This document shows, one piece after another, positions 12,575 through 25,800 of a DNA stretch of 64,000 bases. The position numbers and the translations under genes were made by a program. This stretch comes from Lama glama (Eukaryota), in assembly GCA_028534125.1 (NCBI GenBank), contig CM052816.1, positions 10,666,001 through 10,730,000 on the forward strand, written 5' to 3'. The notes beneath the pieces were generated by a model. That model was not told where the DNA came from, did no database searches, and worked only from the letters and a program-made list of their open reading frames with translations. Numbering within the stretch: position 1 is the stretch's first letter; the number at the start of each line of letters is the position of its first letter.

Positions 12575-13000
12575 TTTTCCTACTTACCAGGAGTCTTAAG
12601 GCTGATAACAAAAAGAAACTATCACGTATTGGGAATGCTTGTATAGGGTCATTGGTTTATTTCACTTACTTCCCATGTCCACTCAGAGGGGGATGTGATG
12701 GTAGATTGAGGGTCTTATTAAGCAGCGTGAATGACCAAGACAATGAGTATAATGGTGGATGGACATAATGCCTACAGTGATATTCTGTTGAGTGACTTCA
12801 CTGCTTATATTGGGGAATCTTTGCTCTCTTGGAACTAAAGGTAAAATTAATCTCTCATAAAGAACAAGTAACTAAGTCTTATCGGGAAGTTACCCCACCC
12901 CAAAATGTCAACACATCTAGCTTTGCTGATGCCCAAAATGATGACAAGAGAGTTTACTTTCTCTGAGATGTTATTCCTCATAAGAATGCCATTCATGGCC

Positions 13001-13213
13001 ATAACAGCAATAGCTCCCATTTATTGACTGCTCTGATCTGCCAGGTGGAGACATGTTCCATCATTTAATTTTCCAAGCAATTGTATGAAGTCGATATATC
13101 CCTATTATATAGATAAGAAAAATGAGGCTGTGAAGTGAAGTCACTTGTCCAAGCTGATGGGAAAGATAAGAACTCTGAGTCAAGCCTAGCTCTATCTGAT
13201 TCTAAGCCTATGT
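13001..13213 (-). mobile_element. MIR
   Basis: catttattgactgct, atagataagaaaaatgaggct, cacttgtccaag. Confidence 0.7.
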
Positions 13214-13239
13214 AGACCTCAGAAGTCAGGTCTCAACTC

Positions 13240-13672
13240 TGCATGACTCTTAAGATTTTCTCAGTCCTCCAGCCATATTTTCTTCCATCCTTTTGCAAAC
13301 TTTATACCTAAGCTGTACCAAACTTCTTTTAGTTCCAGCAACACACCATTAGAACATTTTTTCCCCTCTTCTCCCTTACCTGGCTCACACTTCTGGGGCC
13401 TCAGCTGAAATGCCACATCCTCAGAGAATTTATTTCCTGACAGCTCAACACCATCCCCAAATATTGTTCATGGGCCTACTAAGTGCTCCCAGAGGTACAG
13501 CCCTTCCCCATATTAGCGTGAATCATGCAACGTAGTTAAGTCTGGTGTAACTGTCTGCATCCTTCATTAGACTGTAAGGACTGAGTGTAAGTCTATCTGG
13601 CTTACTGTCATGTCTTTAGTGCCCCATATCTGGTAGACATTCAACACATAATAAATGCATAAACGAATCAAC
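13240..13672 (+). mobile_element. L2 3' end
   Basis: ctcagctgaaatgccacatcctcagagaa, attagactgtaag, terminal taataaatgcataaacgaat. Confidence 0.7.
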
Positions 13673-16600
13673 AGTAACTGGTAAAGTAGGAATGTGTGGC
13701 AGTGAGAGAGTGATGACTTCTCATCTGTTTTTTCAAAACCAAAGGCAAGTCTCTCCGTCTCCATCATTCTGAATCCAGGCCAGCCCTGCCTGTTGACAGA
13801 CATTACCACTTAGAGACCTGGTTCACCTTAACAACACCTCTGACTCAAAAAAATGTGTGTTCTCTTCTCTGATTTCTCTTTCAGCTTTGATGTAAGATCT
13901 AAGTTTCAAATATTTGGCTTTAAAATTTGAGCTGCAGTGAAACCTAGAAGAGTTGTACATACACACATTCTTTGAGGCCAAAATTACCCCTAGTCACCCC
14001 CACACACGTACACACATTTTTTCCCCCTCACTTGTAAAACGTTACCTCTTCTAACTCTTCATAGGGTCTATTTGTCACAATAAGCCACATGCTCCTAGTT
14101 TACATGTTTCATTTTGCTTCTATCTGGATGCTTGGAACTCTGCCTGAAGTAGAAATTTCAGAACAAAACAAAGCAATCACTAATACCATCACAAGTATGG
14201 TTGATAATAGGTTTGGTTTTTTCTTTCAATTTTACCCAAGAATCAGTAACCATACCCAAAATGCTTATCTGATAGAGAATGGAAAAAAAAATACTCTCTC
14301 AAATAATCATGAAAAGTCTTTTGATTTTTAAAAGAAATAATTAAGGTGAGGTCTGACCTGCTCACTAATCAGAGGATTGGGTTCCCAGAACAGAGTCTTT
14401 GTGCTTTTCTACTTAAGCAAAGAGCAACTTGGGCATTTATCCAGCATACTCCTCAAGGATCTAATATGTTAATTGAAAAAAAATCTTAGGAAATAACTTT
14501 ACAAGCAAACAATTCAACCAACTGGAAACACATGGGATTATTTTCCAGTCCCTTTTACTTGAAATCTCAGCTGCTGAAGCAAAGGCTATTTTTTTTTAAT
14601 ATTGGAGTTTTTCAGAGAGCAACAGAATTAGTTAACAACTCCAACATAGAATACAATTAGCTTTAATTAAAATAGCATACACTCTAATTCCCACATGGAC
14701 ATTTTAGCATGCTTAATGCTGTTACAGGTAAAGAAACATCATTTCATAGACTGTCCTTCAGATGCTCAGGGCTGCTTTCGTACCTGCACAGCTATAATAT
14801 CTCTGATGGATTTCACTTTCTCTCCCTTCCCTCCTCCTCAAGGCTTTTCTCTTGTCACACCTCATCAGGAGGCATCTCTTGGCATGTCCTGGGTGGTTAG
14901 TTTTCCTTTTCTCGCTGCTCTGTGACCTTGTGTATCACGATCACAAATGTGATGCTAAAATAGAAGACCTCAACTGGAGGAAAGGATGTAGCCACCTGGA
15001 CCGCTGGACTCTTCACTCTCTTTGTGGCATCTGTTGTCCAAAGGTTTGATCTTAGGTATTTACCGATCCCTTAAAACTAGGATAGAACATTGATGGGTGG
15101 GCTGTTCGCTTGACAAGCTCTAAAACACAAAAGGATTTGAATTTAAGAATCCTGATTCCCTTGAAATGATTGTGAAATAAATAAGAAAAAAAGAAATGGA
15201 GTGACATGGTGTGAATAGTTCCAGAGTGAGTGGGTTGAGCCAGTCTAAATAATTAAGCACAGACATACTAAGGAAGGTCCAAAGAGTTTGGGACTCTCCT
15301 GATGCCTTGGGGAGAATGGTGGGATATATACAAGATTGTTGCTAACAACCAGAGCTGGATGAGCTGCTGGAGGTTATAGAAAAGAGTTTAGATTAATCCA
15401 TTTATACCCACATTAAAAAGAAACAAAACTCACACGTGTGTGCACACCCATGAACAAATGCATACACACAGGTGTGCCCACGTGTGCAATCACATACACA
15501 AGTCATCTTCCATGATGGTCTACACTGAAGATCTGAGCAAGTAACTTCTTTATTAGTCAGCAATTAAGATAATCTGTAGTCAGTGTTCAATTATTCCTGA
15601 TAAAACAAGACAAGATGAGTAGAATGAAAACCTACAGAGAATCCTCAGACCTCACTTTGGACAATTTCAAACTTTTTTACCACCCAGCCAGACTTTCTTC
15701 ATGCTTGCTAATGTAGAGCTAGAAGTGGTCTGAACTTTCTCTCCTATACCAACCCTGTGCTAGAGTTGCTAAGAATAACGAAATGCCTCAGAAGCCAAGA
15801 ACTTGAGAAAGAAGGAAGATGACATCTGGGTCAAATCCCTACAAGGCCAACAAACCCTGAATCTTTGAGTTGATGCCATTAGGTACCCTTGACTGGACTG
15901 AGATGAGTTGAGAAATGCTGCCTATTTATAAAGGAGAGATGAGCGAGAGTATTTCTGAACATTTCCAAAGGAGGCCTGTTGCGAAGAAGCATTCTTGTTA
16001 AGAAATCTTGTCCGAAGCTGCAGGGAGGTCAGCTATCCTCTCACCTCCCTTTCCCATTGTGGAGCTGAAGAATAACAAACAGGTCGGGTCTGCCTTCAGA
16101 AACATGAAGTTGAGGAACAAAAGCACGCCCACGTTAAACAACTTCATCACGTTGCCGCTTGCCTGTGTGTTATTGCACAAGGATCTGGTTTGAGTTACAG
16201 AGATATCATTTTCTCCTCCTTTCAACTATTGTTATGGAAAAGAGCGCTAAAAAAATTATCCTTGGCACCAGAGGGACAGAATTTTCAGGCTATTTTGACA
16301 AGGTCAAATGAACACCAGTGAAAATTTATATTCACTGGGCATGTGCGGAGGGTTTTGTGTCTGGAGAAGGACTTAATTATGGTATGATGAGTAATTGAGC
16401 TTTTATGAGTCAAAAGTAATAGCATGTAGTGTTTGCTGAGCATTTTCTTGGATATTTAGTTTAGACCCAAGAGACATGTCTCCATCCTCCAAAAAGAGGG
16501 AGGTGGAGAAAGAATACACAGAAGAGAATTTTTAGGCAAACGTGTTGACTAAGAGAAATGAGTGTAGGCTTTGACAAAAATGAGAGCACTAGAGGTCAGG

Positions 16601-17039
16601 GGAACCACAGTGTCATTAACACCCAGGTATATGGACCTTTTCTTCTGAGTTTTTAATTCATATTCTTTTATCCTCTAGGTTGATTATTCATATCCACCTA
16701 ACCCCACTGCCCTTTTTGGTGGGTGGTGGAGAGCAATGGTCACCACCCCAACCTGGAAACCTACTCAAAACAGGCTGGTCCCATCCCCCTGAATACCAGG
16801 GCTCTGATAATTGCATCCGCCTTCCTCCCCAGACCACTGGGTTACTGTTAGAATCTCTCTAGGACCACTCTCCTTCCCATTCCTCCCAAAAAAGGATGAT
16901 AAATTGAGAGGTCACCCCTCAACGAAGGGTCCAGAGATGTTACTGTCATTGAAAGCTGTATAGGTGCTGTTTCTCTCCTGTGCTTCTCATGATCAGCCAC
17001 GTGGACTTTTCATCCAATCCTGACTGAGCCAAACTTACT

Positions 17040-17390
17040 TCTGCCTTTACACCTCTGTCCTTGTTCTTCCCTCTGCTGTGGTGCTGTTTTATTCCAGAAA
17101 GATTGTGGCTTGGCTGGGTGCTCGCTGTTCAGCTCTCAGTGCAGGTGTCCCCTGTTCTGGGCTATCCAATCTAAGGCAGCCCTCTATCCCTCTCTATCAC
17201 ATCATCCTGATTTACTTTCTTCATACTACTATCACTATTAGAAAATGATAAAATGATCACTTACTAGTTTACATGTTTCTAATCTGTCTCTTGCCTATAG
17301 AACATCAGCTCCATGAGGCCAGGGGCCAGTTTCTGCTTTGGCATCTCCAGCATCTAGGATAACACCTGGTAGATCGTAGGCATTCAGACT
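17040..17390 (+). mobile_element. L2a 3' end
   Basis: ctctatcacatcatcctg, tagaacatcagctccatgaggccaggg, ctccagcatctaggataacacctgg. Confidence 0.75.
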
Positions 17391-17449
17391 GCTGTCTAGT
17401 TTAAAAAATGGTGGGAGTGTTTGTTATGCTAGATATTCCAAACTGTGAT

Positions 17450-17580
17450 ATAGTTACCGCCTCCATTTTACAGATACAAGAACTAAGGCTTAGAGACAGA
17501 AATATAATTCTTATGAATGGCAAAGCCAAACTACAAACACAGCTTTCTGTCTCCGGAGCCCACCCACACTGACAACTGCT
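17450..17580 (-). mobile_element. MIR fragment
   Basis: ctccattttacagatacaagaactaaggcttagaga. Confidence 0.7.
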
Positions 17581-17653
17581 CCTCATTTCCCTTATACATG
17601 ATAACACATAAACCTTTTTTCTTAAGTTTGATGTTGTGTCCAACAAAAGTTAA

Positions 17654-19086
17654 GACTTTCAGTTTCCAGTCCCACAGTAAGGAGCTTGGAAGTTGCCATT
17701 CCACCATAACAGTAAATACAAAACTGAACAGACTGAAAAAAATCAATGACTCTTCTTAGATCTGTGGGAGAGGGGAGGACACGGTGTAAATTGCTGCCCT
17801 TAATGGAGAGATAGGCAGATGAATACAGGGAGTCTTGACTTAGCAGAGCAGAGAATCACAAGTGGAAACCACTCTGAGAACCAGTGCCAGGGTGGGAAAG
17901 TCTAAACTGTAACTGATGAATTGCTAGAGGCTCTGTGTGGACAAGTCTCAGACTTAAAAACTCCAAGGGAGCCTGGTCATAGGGGGTCCACGATTTTGTG
18001 AAATTTTCCTCTAGGAGGTCACCAAAGTTCTCACCATAAAAAGCAGAGAAAAATTCCCTGTCCTTTCAGCAGGAGAAGGGAAAAAGGAACCATTCTGAAA
18101 TATGCCAGAGCATATTCTGTTCTTCTTAACAAGGTCTACCCTCAGGAGGAACTGGTTAACCACAGCCTAACATCCTGGGGTTTTATCAGAGCCTCACTGA
18201 CCTGGAGGAAGGGAAACACCCAACTCCAGGCCACTCTAGCCATCTTGTCCCACTGAAGAGGAGAGACAAACTGGTAAACATTAATGAAGTTTATAGCCCA
18301 GAGCCAATGGCTCATCAAAAGACAGAGATCTAATCATAGGACGATACAGTGCTTCCCCTCTCCTCTCGTCTCCCCGTTACATTACTGAAGGCCTATTTCT
18401 AACAGTTCCTTTTACCCAGTACATTATACCCAGCTATTAAGAAAAGATTACAAGGTGTCCTAAAAGGCAAAAAACACAACTTGAAGAGACAAAGCAAGCA
18501 TCAGAGCCAGATATGGCAGAGATGTTGAAATGATCCGACTAGGAATTTAAAACAACTGTAATTAATATGCTAAGAGCTTTAATGGATAAAGTAAACAGTA
18601 TGTAAGAATAGATGGGCAATGTAAGCAGAGAGGTGAAAATCCTAAGAAAGAACCGAAAAAAAAAAATGCTAGACGTGAAAAACACTATAACAGAAATGAA
18701 GAATGCTTTTGATGGGCTTTTTAGAAGCCTGGACACAGCTGAGGAAATATCTCTGTGCTAAAGGATATGTTAATAGAATCCTTGAAAACTGAAAAGTAAA
18801 TAAAACAAAGAACAGAATATTCAAGGACTGTGAGATAACTACAGAAGGTATAACATACACATAATGGGAATACCAAAAGAAGAAGAAAGAGAGAAAACAG
18901 AAGAAATATTTGAAACAATAATGACTAAGAATTTCCCCCGATTAGTGTCAGACACAAAACTACAGATCCTGGAAGCCTGGAGAATAACAGGCAGGATAAA
19001 TGCCCCAAATCCTTCACCTAAGCATATCGTGTTCACACTCTAGAAAATCAAAAATAAAGTAATCCTGAAAGAATCCAGAGAAAGAT
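17654..19086 (+). mobile_element. L1MC-like 5'UTR plus partial ORF1; 3'-truncated
   Basis: 5' end gactttcagtttccagtccc...aaggagcttggaagttgcc; decayed ORF1 (ggaatttaaaacaactgtaattaatatgctaagagc; gaagaaatatttgaaacaataatgactaagaatttccc); AAAGTTAA at 17646-17653 and 19087-19094. Confidence 0.85.
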
Positions 19087-19290
19087 AAAGTTAATCCTAT
19101 TTTTTGCCTTTATTGCCTGCAGGACTTCTCAGAACCTTTAATATGCTAATATATCCCAGGACTTGCCAAGATGAGGTTATAATGTCCCATTTAATTTTTT
19201 TTAACCATTGACTTCTCTTTTTTAAGAAGGTTCTCTTGACATTTCTTTGAACTCTTTTACCCGTGAAATTTTGGGGGGAACTGTTCTCAT
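19087..19290 (-). mobile_element. MER103-like hAT-Charlie element, right part (left part ~17620-17653)
   Basis: gcaggacttctcagaacctttaatatgctaat is characteristic of this family. Confidence 0.6.
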
Positions 19291-19348
19291 ATTCTGTCTT
19301 TGTTGTCAAAAATACCTACCTATATCAGAACCATAGATCCACCCCGGC

Positions 19349-20556
19349 TTCATTCATTCAACAAATTTTTTTTGAATACCTATTTTTTTTTGTTTTTGAT
19401 TTTTTTTTGATGTACCAGGTACTTATCTAGAAACTATAATGTCAATGAACAAAACAAAAGTTCCTGCCCTTTTTGAGTTACATTCTAGAGAGGAGGGAAA
19501 CAGAAAATAAATAAGGGTAGTACATTAAATTCTACCATCCAGTAGAAAGAGATATTCTATGGAAGAAAAAAGAGTGTAGAAAAGGGAGAGAGGTATGTGG
19601 AATAGGAACAAGAAAGAATGGCAGTGTGGGAGAGGCAGATGGAGAGGACAGGTCAGCAGTTTGAAATAGGGTGATCAGGGTGGGCTTCATTGAGAAGGTG
19701 GCATTTAAGCAAAATCTTGGAGGTGAGAGAATTAGCCACATGGACATCTGAGGTACAAGCATTTCAGGAAGTGGCAACTGCCAATGCAAAGTATTCAAAA
19801 GGCCAGTATAGTATTTTCAAGCAGTATCAAGGAGGCCAGCATACCTGGAAAGAAGAGGCAATATAGTGAAAGATGAGATTAGTGAATGAAAGGGGGTACA
19901 GGGCCATGTAAGATGTTGTAAGTCATTGAAAATCCTTTTATCCTAAGTGAAATGGGAAGCCGCTGGAATGGTTTGAGCAGAAGAGTGACACAATTAGCCT
20001 TACTTTTGAAGAGGATCCTCCTGGCTAGTATGTTGAATATGGAATACCAGGATCGAGGACCACTCTGGATACTATGTTGAGTATAGAATAAAAAAAAAAA
20101 CAAAGTTAGAAGTAGTCAAATCAGTTGTGATAATCCTTTGATAGCTGTTGTGGCTCAGACCAGACTGGTAGCAGTGCCAGTGGTGAGGAGGCAAAGGGTT
20201 CTGATTTGTTTTGAAGGTAGAACCAATAGGATTTCCTGATGGTGTGAGAGAGAATGAGAAGAACCAAGGATAACTCTTGAGTTTTTTTGGTATGAGCATG
20301 CGAGAGAATACATTTAATATCCATGAAGATAGAGAAACCCTAGCAGGGTGATTTCAGGTGGGGGAATCAGGAGTTCCATTTGGGGCGTGGTCACTTGGAG
20401 ATGTCCTTAAGACTTCCAAGTGGAGAAGATATGTAGTTAGTTGGGATTTGGGAAAGAGACCTAGTCTAAAAGGATACATTTAAGAAGGGCCAATGAGTGG
20501 ATGGAATTTAAAATCATGAGAATATAAGAAATTACCCAGGCAGTAAGTGCAGAAGT
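19349..20556 (-). mobile_element. L2a, ~1.2 kb 3' portion
   Basis: cattcattcaacaaa tail, ggcttcattgagaaggtggcatttaagcaaa, aggagttccatttggggcgtgg. Confidence 0.88.
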
Positions 20557-21186
20557 CTAGAAGGTAAACGGAGCCAAAACAGCAGAGCCCAAGTAAGAAA
20601 GGACACCAAACCCAAAGCCTTGACTGCTGGGTGGAAGCAGTGCAGGTAGTTGAAGAATTATAACCTTCAGCTTTGGGGACCTGAAGTTATAGCTAAACCA
20701 TCCCGTCTCCTGAACCACATGATGGATGCCTGGCATTCTGCTTGAGGAGGGTTCTGGGACCGTGAATCTGGGCTTAGTGGGAAAGAAAGTTGCAACTGAT
20801 TAGCAATGTCTGCTGCTGTTGTGGAGCCCTGAGTGACAGCAAGCAGGGCAGCATCAGGTAGTTGCCATTCTTTGCCTAAAGGGAAGTCCATGGGACTAAG
20901 AACAGAGCAAGTGGTATCTGGAGAGTGTACTGAATGTTTTCAACTAGTTGTGAGTCAGTTTGTCTGGTTTATAGCAATAGCAGGGTATCTCTTGTTGCTG
21001 AAATGATCTTACATGTGTAACAAAGATTGTATTGCTCTTGAGCCATTAGCATATATTGGACTTAAGTGCGTGAAAGGGTATCCACAAGAGAAGAATAGAG
21101 CAAAATATGATCTGTACCAAGCAGGAGGATCTACAGAATTTGTGAACTTGAGATGCAGATGGGCAGTCAAAACCCAAGGCAGGGTT

Positions 21187-23495
21187 GAACTTTTAGTTGT
21201 GGTTCTTTGAGGAAATTGGGCAAGTCCTCCCCCAAATGCAACCATAATACTGGGAAAATGGACAAATACACTCATTCAGTGCTTTGGAAATCAACCAAGA
21301 ACATACAACAATCTGAAAAGTGTTCCTGCTTTAAAAATCACTGAACGTCACATCAGAAGAGTGGAAATCCATGAAGCTCTATCCTAGGGCTTCTCATCAA
21401 CTTCACCCCAGCTTGTAGGTTCTGCCAAGCTAGGGAGAGCCACGATGAGCAGCTGCTTCTCTGCCAATGTTAAGGAGACTCACCCAGCTTGGAAAGGTGG
21501 ACAATGTGCACACTCACCGAAGCTGGCAATAGAGATCATTATCCTGAGGGTGGGTGAGTGGGGAGGAACACAGGCTCCATCAGTCTGAAGTTGCATTTCC
21601 AGCTGGGACAGCATATTCCTGGCTGAGGCTGTGGACGTGTACAGTGGAGACTGAAGATGGCAGAAGCCTTTCACGCTTTTCTGGTTAATCCTAGGTCTGA
21701 ATGCATGAGCATAGATGACTTGAAAGAGCTCAGCAGAAGTTAAAACCGAGGGAGGCTTGAAAACAGCCTGAACCTGAAGTGTGCTCCACCGCTCATAAAC
21801 AAGCCCAGCAGTAGAGGATGGAAACCTTGCTGGTTTGAGGTGTTTGAGCGCAGCAGGTGTGTAGCCCTTAGCTGACCATCAAGCTGTACAGACACAGGAG
21901 CATCCTCTGGCAAGCTAGATTTAAAAATGAGATGAAGGATATGTATTTTAAACAACTACTACAACCACAAGGTAGCAGAGGCATAAGTGATTACAGGGGA
22001 AACATATTTCACAGATTTAGCCCAGGCAAGATACTAAACAAAAAGCCAGCAAAAACAACCTCCAAGGGAAAATATACCAGAATTCAGAGTGGCTGCAATA
22101 TATTATCTAGAATGTTCTGCTTTTAAGAAAAGAAAATATGAGACATGCCAAGAACCAAGAAAGTGTGGCCTATACTCGAGAAAAAAATCAGTTCCTAGAA
22201 ATTGTCTCTCAATGTCCAGGTATTAGTAGACAAAGACTTCAAAGCAACCATCTCAAATATTTTTAAAGAACCAAAGGAAACCATATTTAAAGAATTAAAG
22301 GAAAATGTGGCAACAATAGATCAACAAATAGAGATTCTTAATAAGGATATAGAAATTATTTTTAAAGTACCAAGTGCAAATTCTGTAGCTGAAGAGTACA
22401 ATGACTGTAAAGAAAAATTTGCTAAAGGGCTCAACAGCAGGTTTGAGAGAACAGAAGAATCACTGAGCTATAAATCAATAGAAATTATCCAACCTGAAGA
22501 ATAGATAGACAAATGGCTGAAGTAAAATGTACGGAGCCTCAGAACCCTACATCTTGAAAGATCAGGCATAGCAACACTAATGGATAGGGAATCCCACAGA
22601 GATAGAAGAGAAGGGGACAGAAAAATTAATTGAAGAAAAGTAATAGCCCCAAACTTCCCAAACTTGATTTTTGAAAGTGTTACTCCACACATCTAAGAAG
22701 TTCAGAGAAACTCAAAAGTGATAAATACAAATAGATCCACACCTTGACATATCACAGTCAAATTGTTCTATGCCTGAAATGAAGAGAGAATCTTGAAGGC
22801 AAGCATTAATACAGTTAACAGCTGGCTTCTCATCTAAATCCATGGAGGCCAGAAGGCAGCAGAATGACATATTCAGAGTACACAGAGAAACATGCTGTCA
22901 AACAAGTATGCTGGCACTGACAACACTATTCTTCAAAAATGAAGGCAAAATACAGACATTCCCCAATACACAATGACTGAGTAAATTTTGTTGCTAGCAG
23001 ATCTGTCTTGTAAGATATACTGAAGGATGAAGGTTCTTCAGGAAGAGACACCAGAAAGTTAACACTGATCCACAGGAAGAAATAAAGAGCACCCCAAATA
23101 ATAAATATATGGGCTAGCATAAAAGATTCCATGATATATTTTTCTCATCTTTCCCCAACTTCTTTAAAAGACATAAGATTGAATGAAACAATAGTATTAA
23201 CACTGTATTGTTGAGCTTATAACACATGTAGATTTAATAAATATAATGATAGCACAAGGAGGGTAAGGGGGGAATGGAATTATACTGGAGAAAATTTACT
23301 GTATTTTCCAGAATCAAGTTAGTATTAATGTAAAGAAGGCTGTGATAAATTAAAATGCATATTGCAATCCCACTAAGAAAATAACCACCCAAATGTAGTT
23401 AAGTCTCCAAAAGAATTATAATGTCACACTAAAAATATTCGTTCAACACAAAGGCAAAGAGGAATAGATAATCAAAAAAGATAGGAGACATATAG
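21187..23495 (+). mobile_element. L1ME-like 5'UTR, decayed ORF1 and inter-ORF spacer, ending just before ORF2
   Basis: ORF 22202-22504 (DKDFKATISNIFKE...NSRFERTEE...IEIIQPEE) is L1 ORF1p-like; ORF1 C-terminal motifs (actattcttcaaaaatgaaggcaaaatacagacattccc); inter-ORF sequence continues to catatagaaaa. Confidence 0.82.
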
Positions 23496-23572
23496 AAAAT
23501 CAAAGGCAGGTCATTGCAAAATGTCTATTGCTCTTGGGTGATTTTAGTAAAGGGAGAACTAAAGATCTGTGA

Positions 23573-23749
23573 TAGGACGGTCTACTCAATATGTGGACTA
23601 AAGTCAAAATGAAAATCCAGGGTCCCTTGTTCAAAAAATACTGAGAATCTCAAGATGATGACTGCAGATCAGTAAGATAATCAAGAGGCCCTTCTGAGTA
23701 AAGGGCCCTGTATGAGTCCACAAGTTGCTCACCCATGAAGTTGACCCTA
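23573..23749 (-). mobile_element. MER45A-like hAT-Tip100 element
   Basis: caaaatgaaaatccagggtcccttgttcaaaaa and ggcccttctgagtaaagggccctgt...cacccatgaagttgaccct. Confidence 0.8.
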
Positions 23750-24494
23750 GTAGCAAGAGATTACCATGTCCCATTTGCTCACTCTTTTGATAAACCTCCT
23801 TTGGAGATTCAGTTCCTTCTGCTCTAGTCTCCCCTGTTGTCTTCTCCTTTCCCATCCTTAGATCCAAAATCTTCAGCATTTGGGAAGGACCCATCCTTTG
23901 CAACTAGAAGTCCAAGAGATCATATCCAAACTGTCACATCAACATAAGGCAGCTGTGATTCCACTTTGCAGATTGTTTTGCATGAAAACCTGGACTTCCC
24001 TTATTTGTCCTGGCATCATGGTTTTCTAGGGCAATTGTTGTAAGCAAAGGCAGCATGGGGGTCTCAGAGAAGAAATCATTCTCTAAGTAACTAATATTTA
24101 TTAATTCATTTGAAAATGTTTTATACATATGAAACCCAAGAAGGGTCTTTGTGGGATTGGGCTAGCATGAGCTGATCTACTTGTTAGGGCAGCCAATACT
24201 TCTTGGTCCAGTTATGCAGTGATCTCACCACATCTTCATAATGAGGCTTTATGACTACCATAGAAAGTCTTGACTGGAATGTGGTTCACCAGTGTCAAAC
24301 ACACCTACTGTATGAGATCATAGCCCTAAATCACGCATGCCATTCTACTCAGGCTTTGACAGGTAAAATCTATGTGCTTACAGCTTGTGATAAGCTGTGG
24401 TCCCTATGGTCCTTCAGACCATTGTCATACTTGCCATTCTGAAAAAAAATAAGTTAATATTATGATGAGCATGAATCAAGTTGTCACCCAGATA

Positions 24495-25030
24495 TAATAT
24501 GAATCTTTTAGTTTCCAGTCAGAAAAAAAAAACTGGCTCAAAACAGGCTTCATCAAAAAAGAAAAACAGAATTCAGACTCTCATGTAGCTGAAAAATGGA
24601 AATAGTACAAGCTTTGGAGCAGGGTTTGATTAAAGAGCTCAGCTATGTCATCAAAAAGAATTTGTTTCCATTTTTCTTCTTGGTCTTCTGTAGTATCTTG
24701 CTTTGTCCTAAGGTTGAATTCACAGTTCCAGAATGATTTCCCCTACCTTCTGAATCTTTCTTGTTTTACATAAATGTCCAGCAAGGAGAAAGTTTCTTTC
24801 CTGGGAGTGCTCTTTGAGCTTGGAAACATTTTTCCAGTAGGCCCTGCAAACGTCTCCTTATATCTCACTGGCTTGAACCAAGTCTTCTGTCTTGAACTGT
24901 TCGCTATAGCAAGACCAGTGGAGTGTGCTGATTGGCTTAAGCCAATCTGAGTTCTACTCTGGGGCTCAGTGGGGTGTGTGTCTTCCAAGCACAGGGGCTG
25001 CATGGTAGAGTTACTGTGACTGGATGGAGG
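24495..25030 (-). mobile_element. MLT1J/K/L-type MaLR LTR
   Basis: ctcaaaacaggctt...ctcatgtagctgaaaa, ccttatatctcactggc, tgctgattggcttaagccaatc. Confidence 0.65.
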
Positions 25031-25589
25031 GAGAAGATGGTGGGCTGAGAAGGTTAAACCAGGCAGAGCCCACTCCTCCACACCAATAGGAAGCATTGAC
25101 TATTGTGAAGTCAGCGGCCACCAGGTCCTGAGCTGGTGACATGATGACATGTGACTGTAGACCCCAGGATGATGAAGAGAGCTGGGTGGAGGTGCCGAGA
25201 GCACTGGGCTGCCTCCTACCATCTAGCTTGCAGTCCAACATGTGAGTAACATCAATACAAATGCAAAGCCATCTAATGTGCCCCATTGTGAATATCATCC
25301 TGGCAGACACTGAACTAGGAGGTAGAGTCCGGGAGAGGTGTTTATTTTCTGATGTAAAAAAGGTAAGGGGGAGCTTTTATTGACATTTTGACATACCTGG
25401 TACTCATAATAACCCTTAACATCATGCACACCTAGGAAAAATACACAGGAAAGTGAAAACTGCAAAGATTCCACCTTACCTACCAAGGGGATCCAGGGGT
25501 GAGTTGATATTAAGATGTTCACTTATTCCACTGACGTAGATCCATGTCTGCTGTGTACTTGGCTCTGACCTAGGTGCTATACAGGATGG

Positions 25590-25800
25590 GTACAGTTTAG
25601 CACAGTGCTTCAGAACAAGGCTCTGGAATCTTTCAGGCCTAGAAATGAATGCCAGCTCTGTTGCTTGGCCTCTCTCAGCCTCAGTTGCCTCATGTGTGTG
25701 AAGTGAGGAGGTACCTCAATTCAGGCAGCTATTGTGAATGTTAAATGACAAAAATTAAAGAACTAAAAGTTAAATTAAAGCACTCATCCTAGTGACATAT
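25590..25800 (+). mobile_element. MIR
   Basis: ggctctggaatc...ccagctctg...ctctctcagcctcagttgcctcat. Confidence 0.7.

Noticed and set aside
20560..21010. Possible ancient LTR fragment (gaaagttgcaactgattagcaatgtctgc)
   Set aside because: Could not assign family or boundaries with confidence
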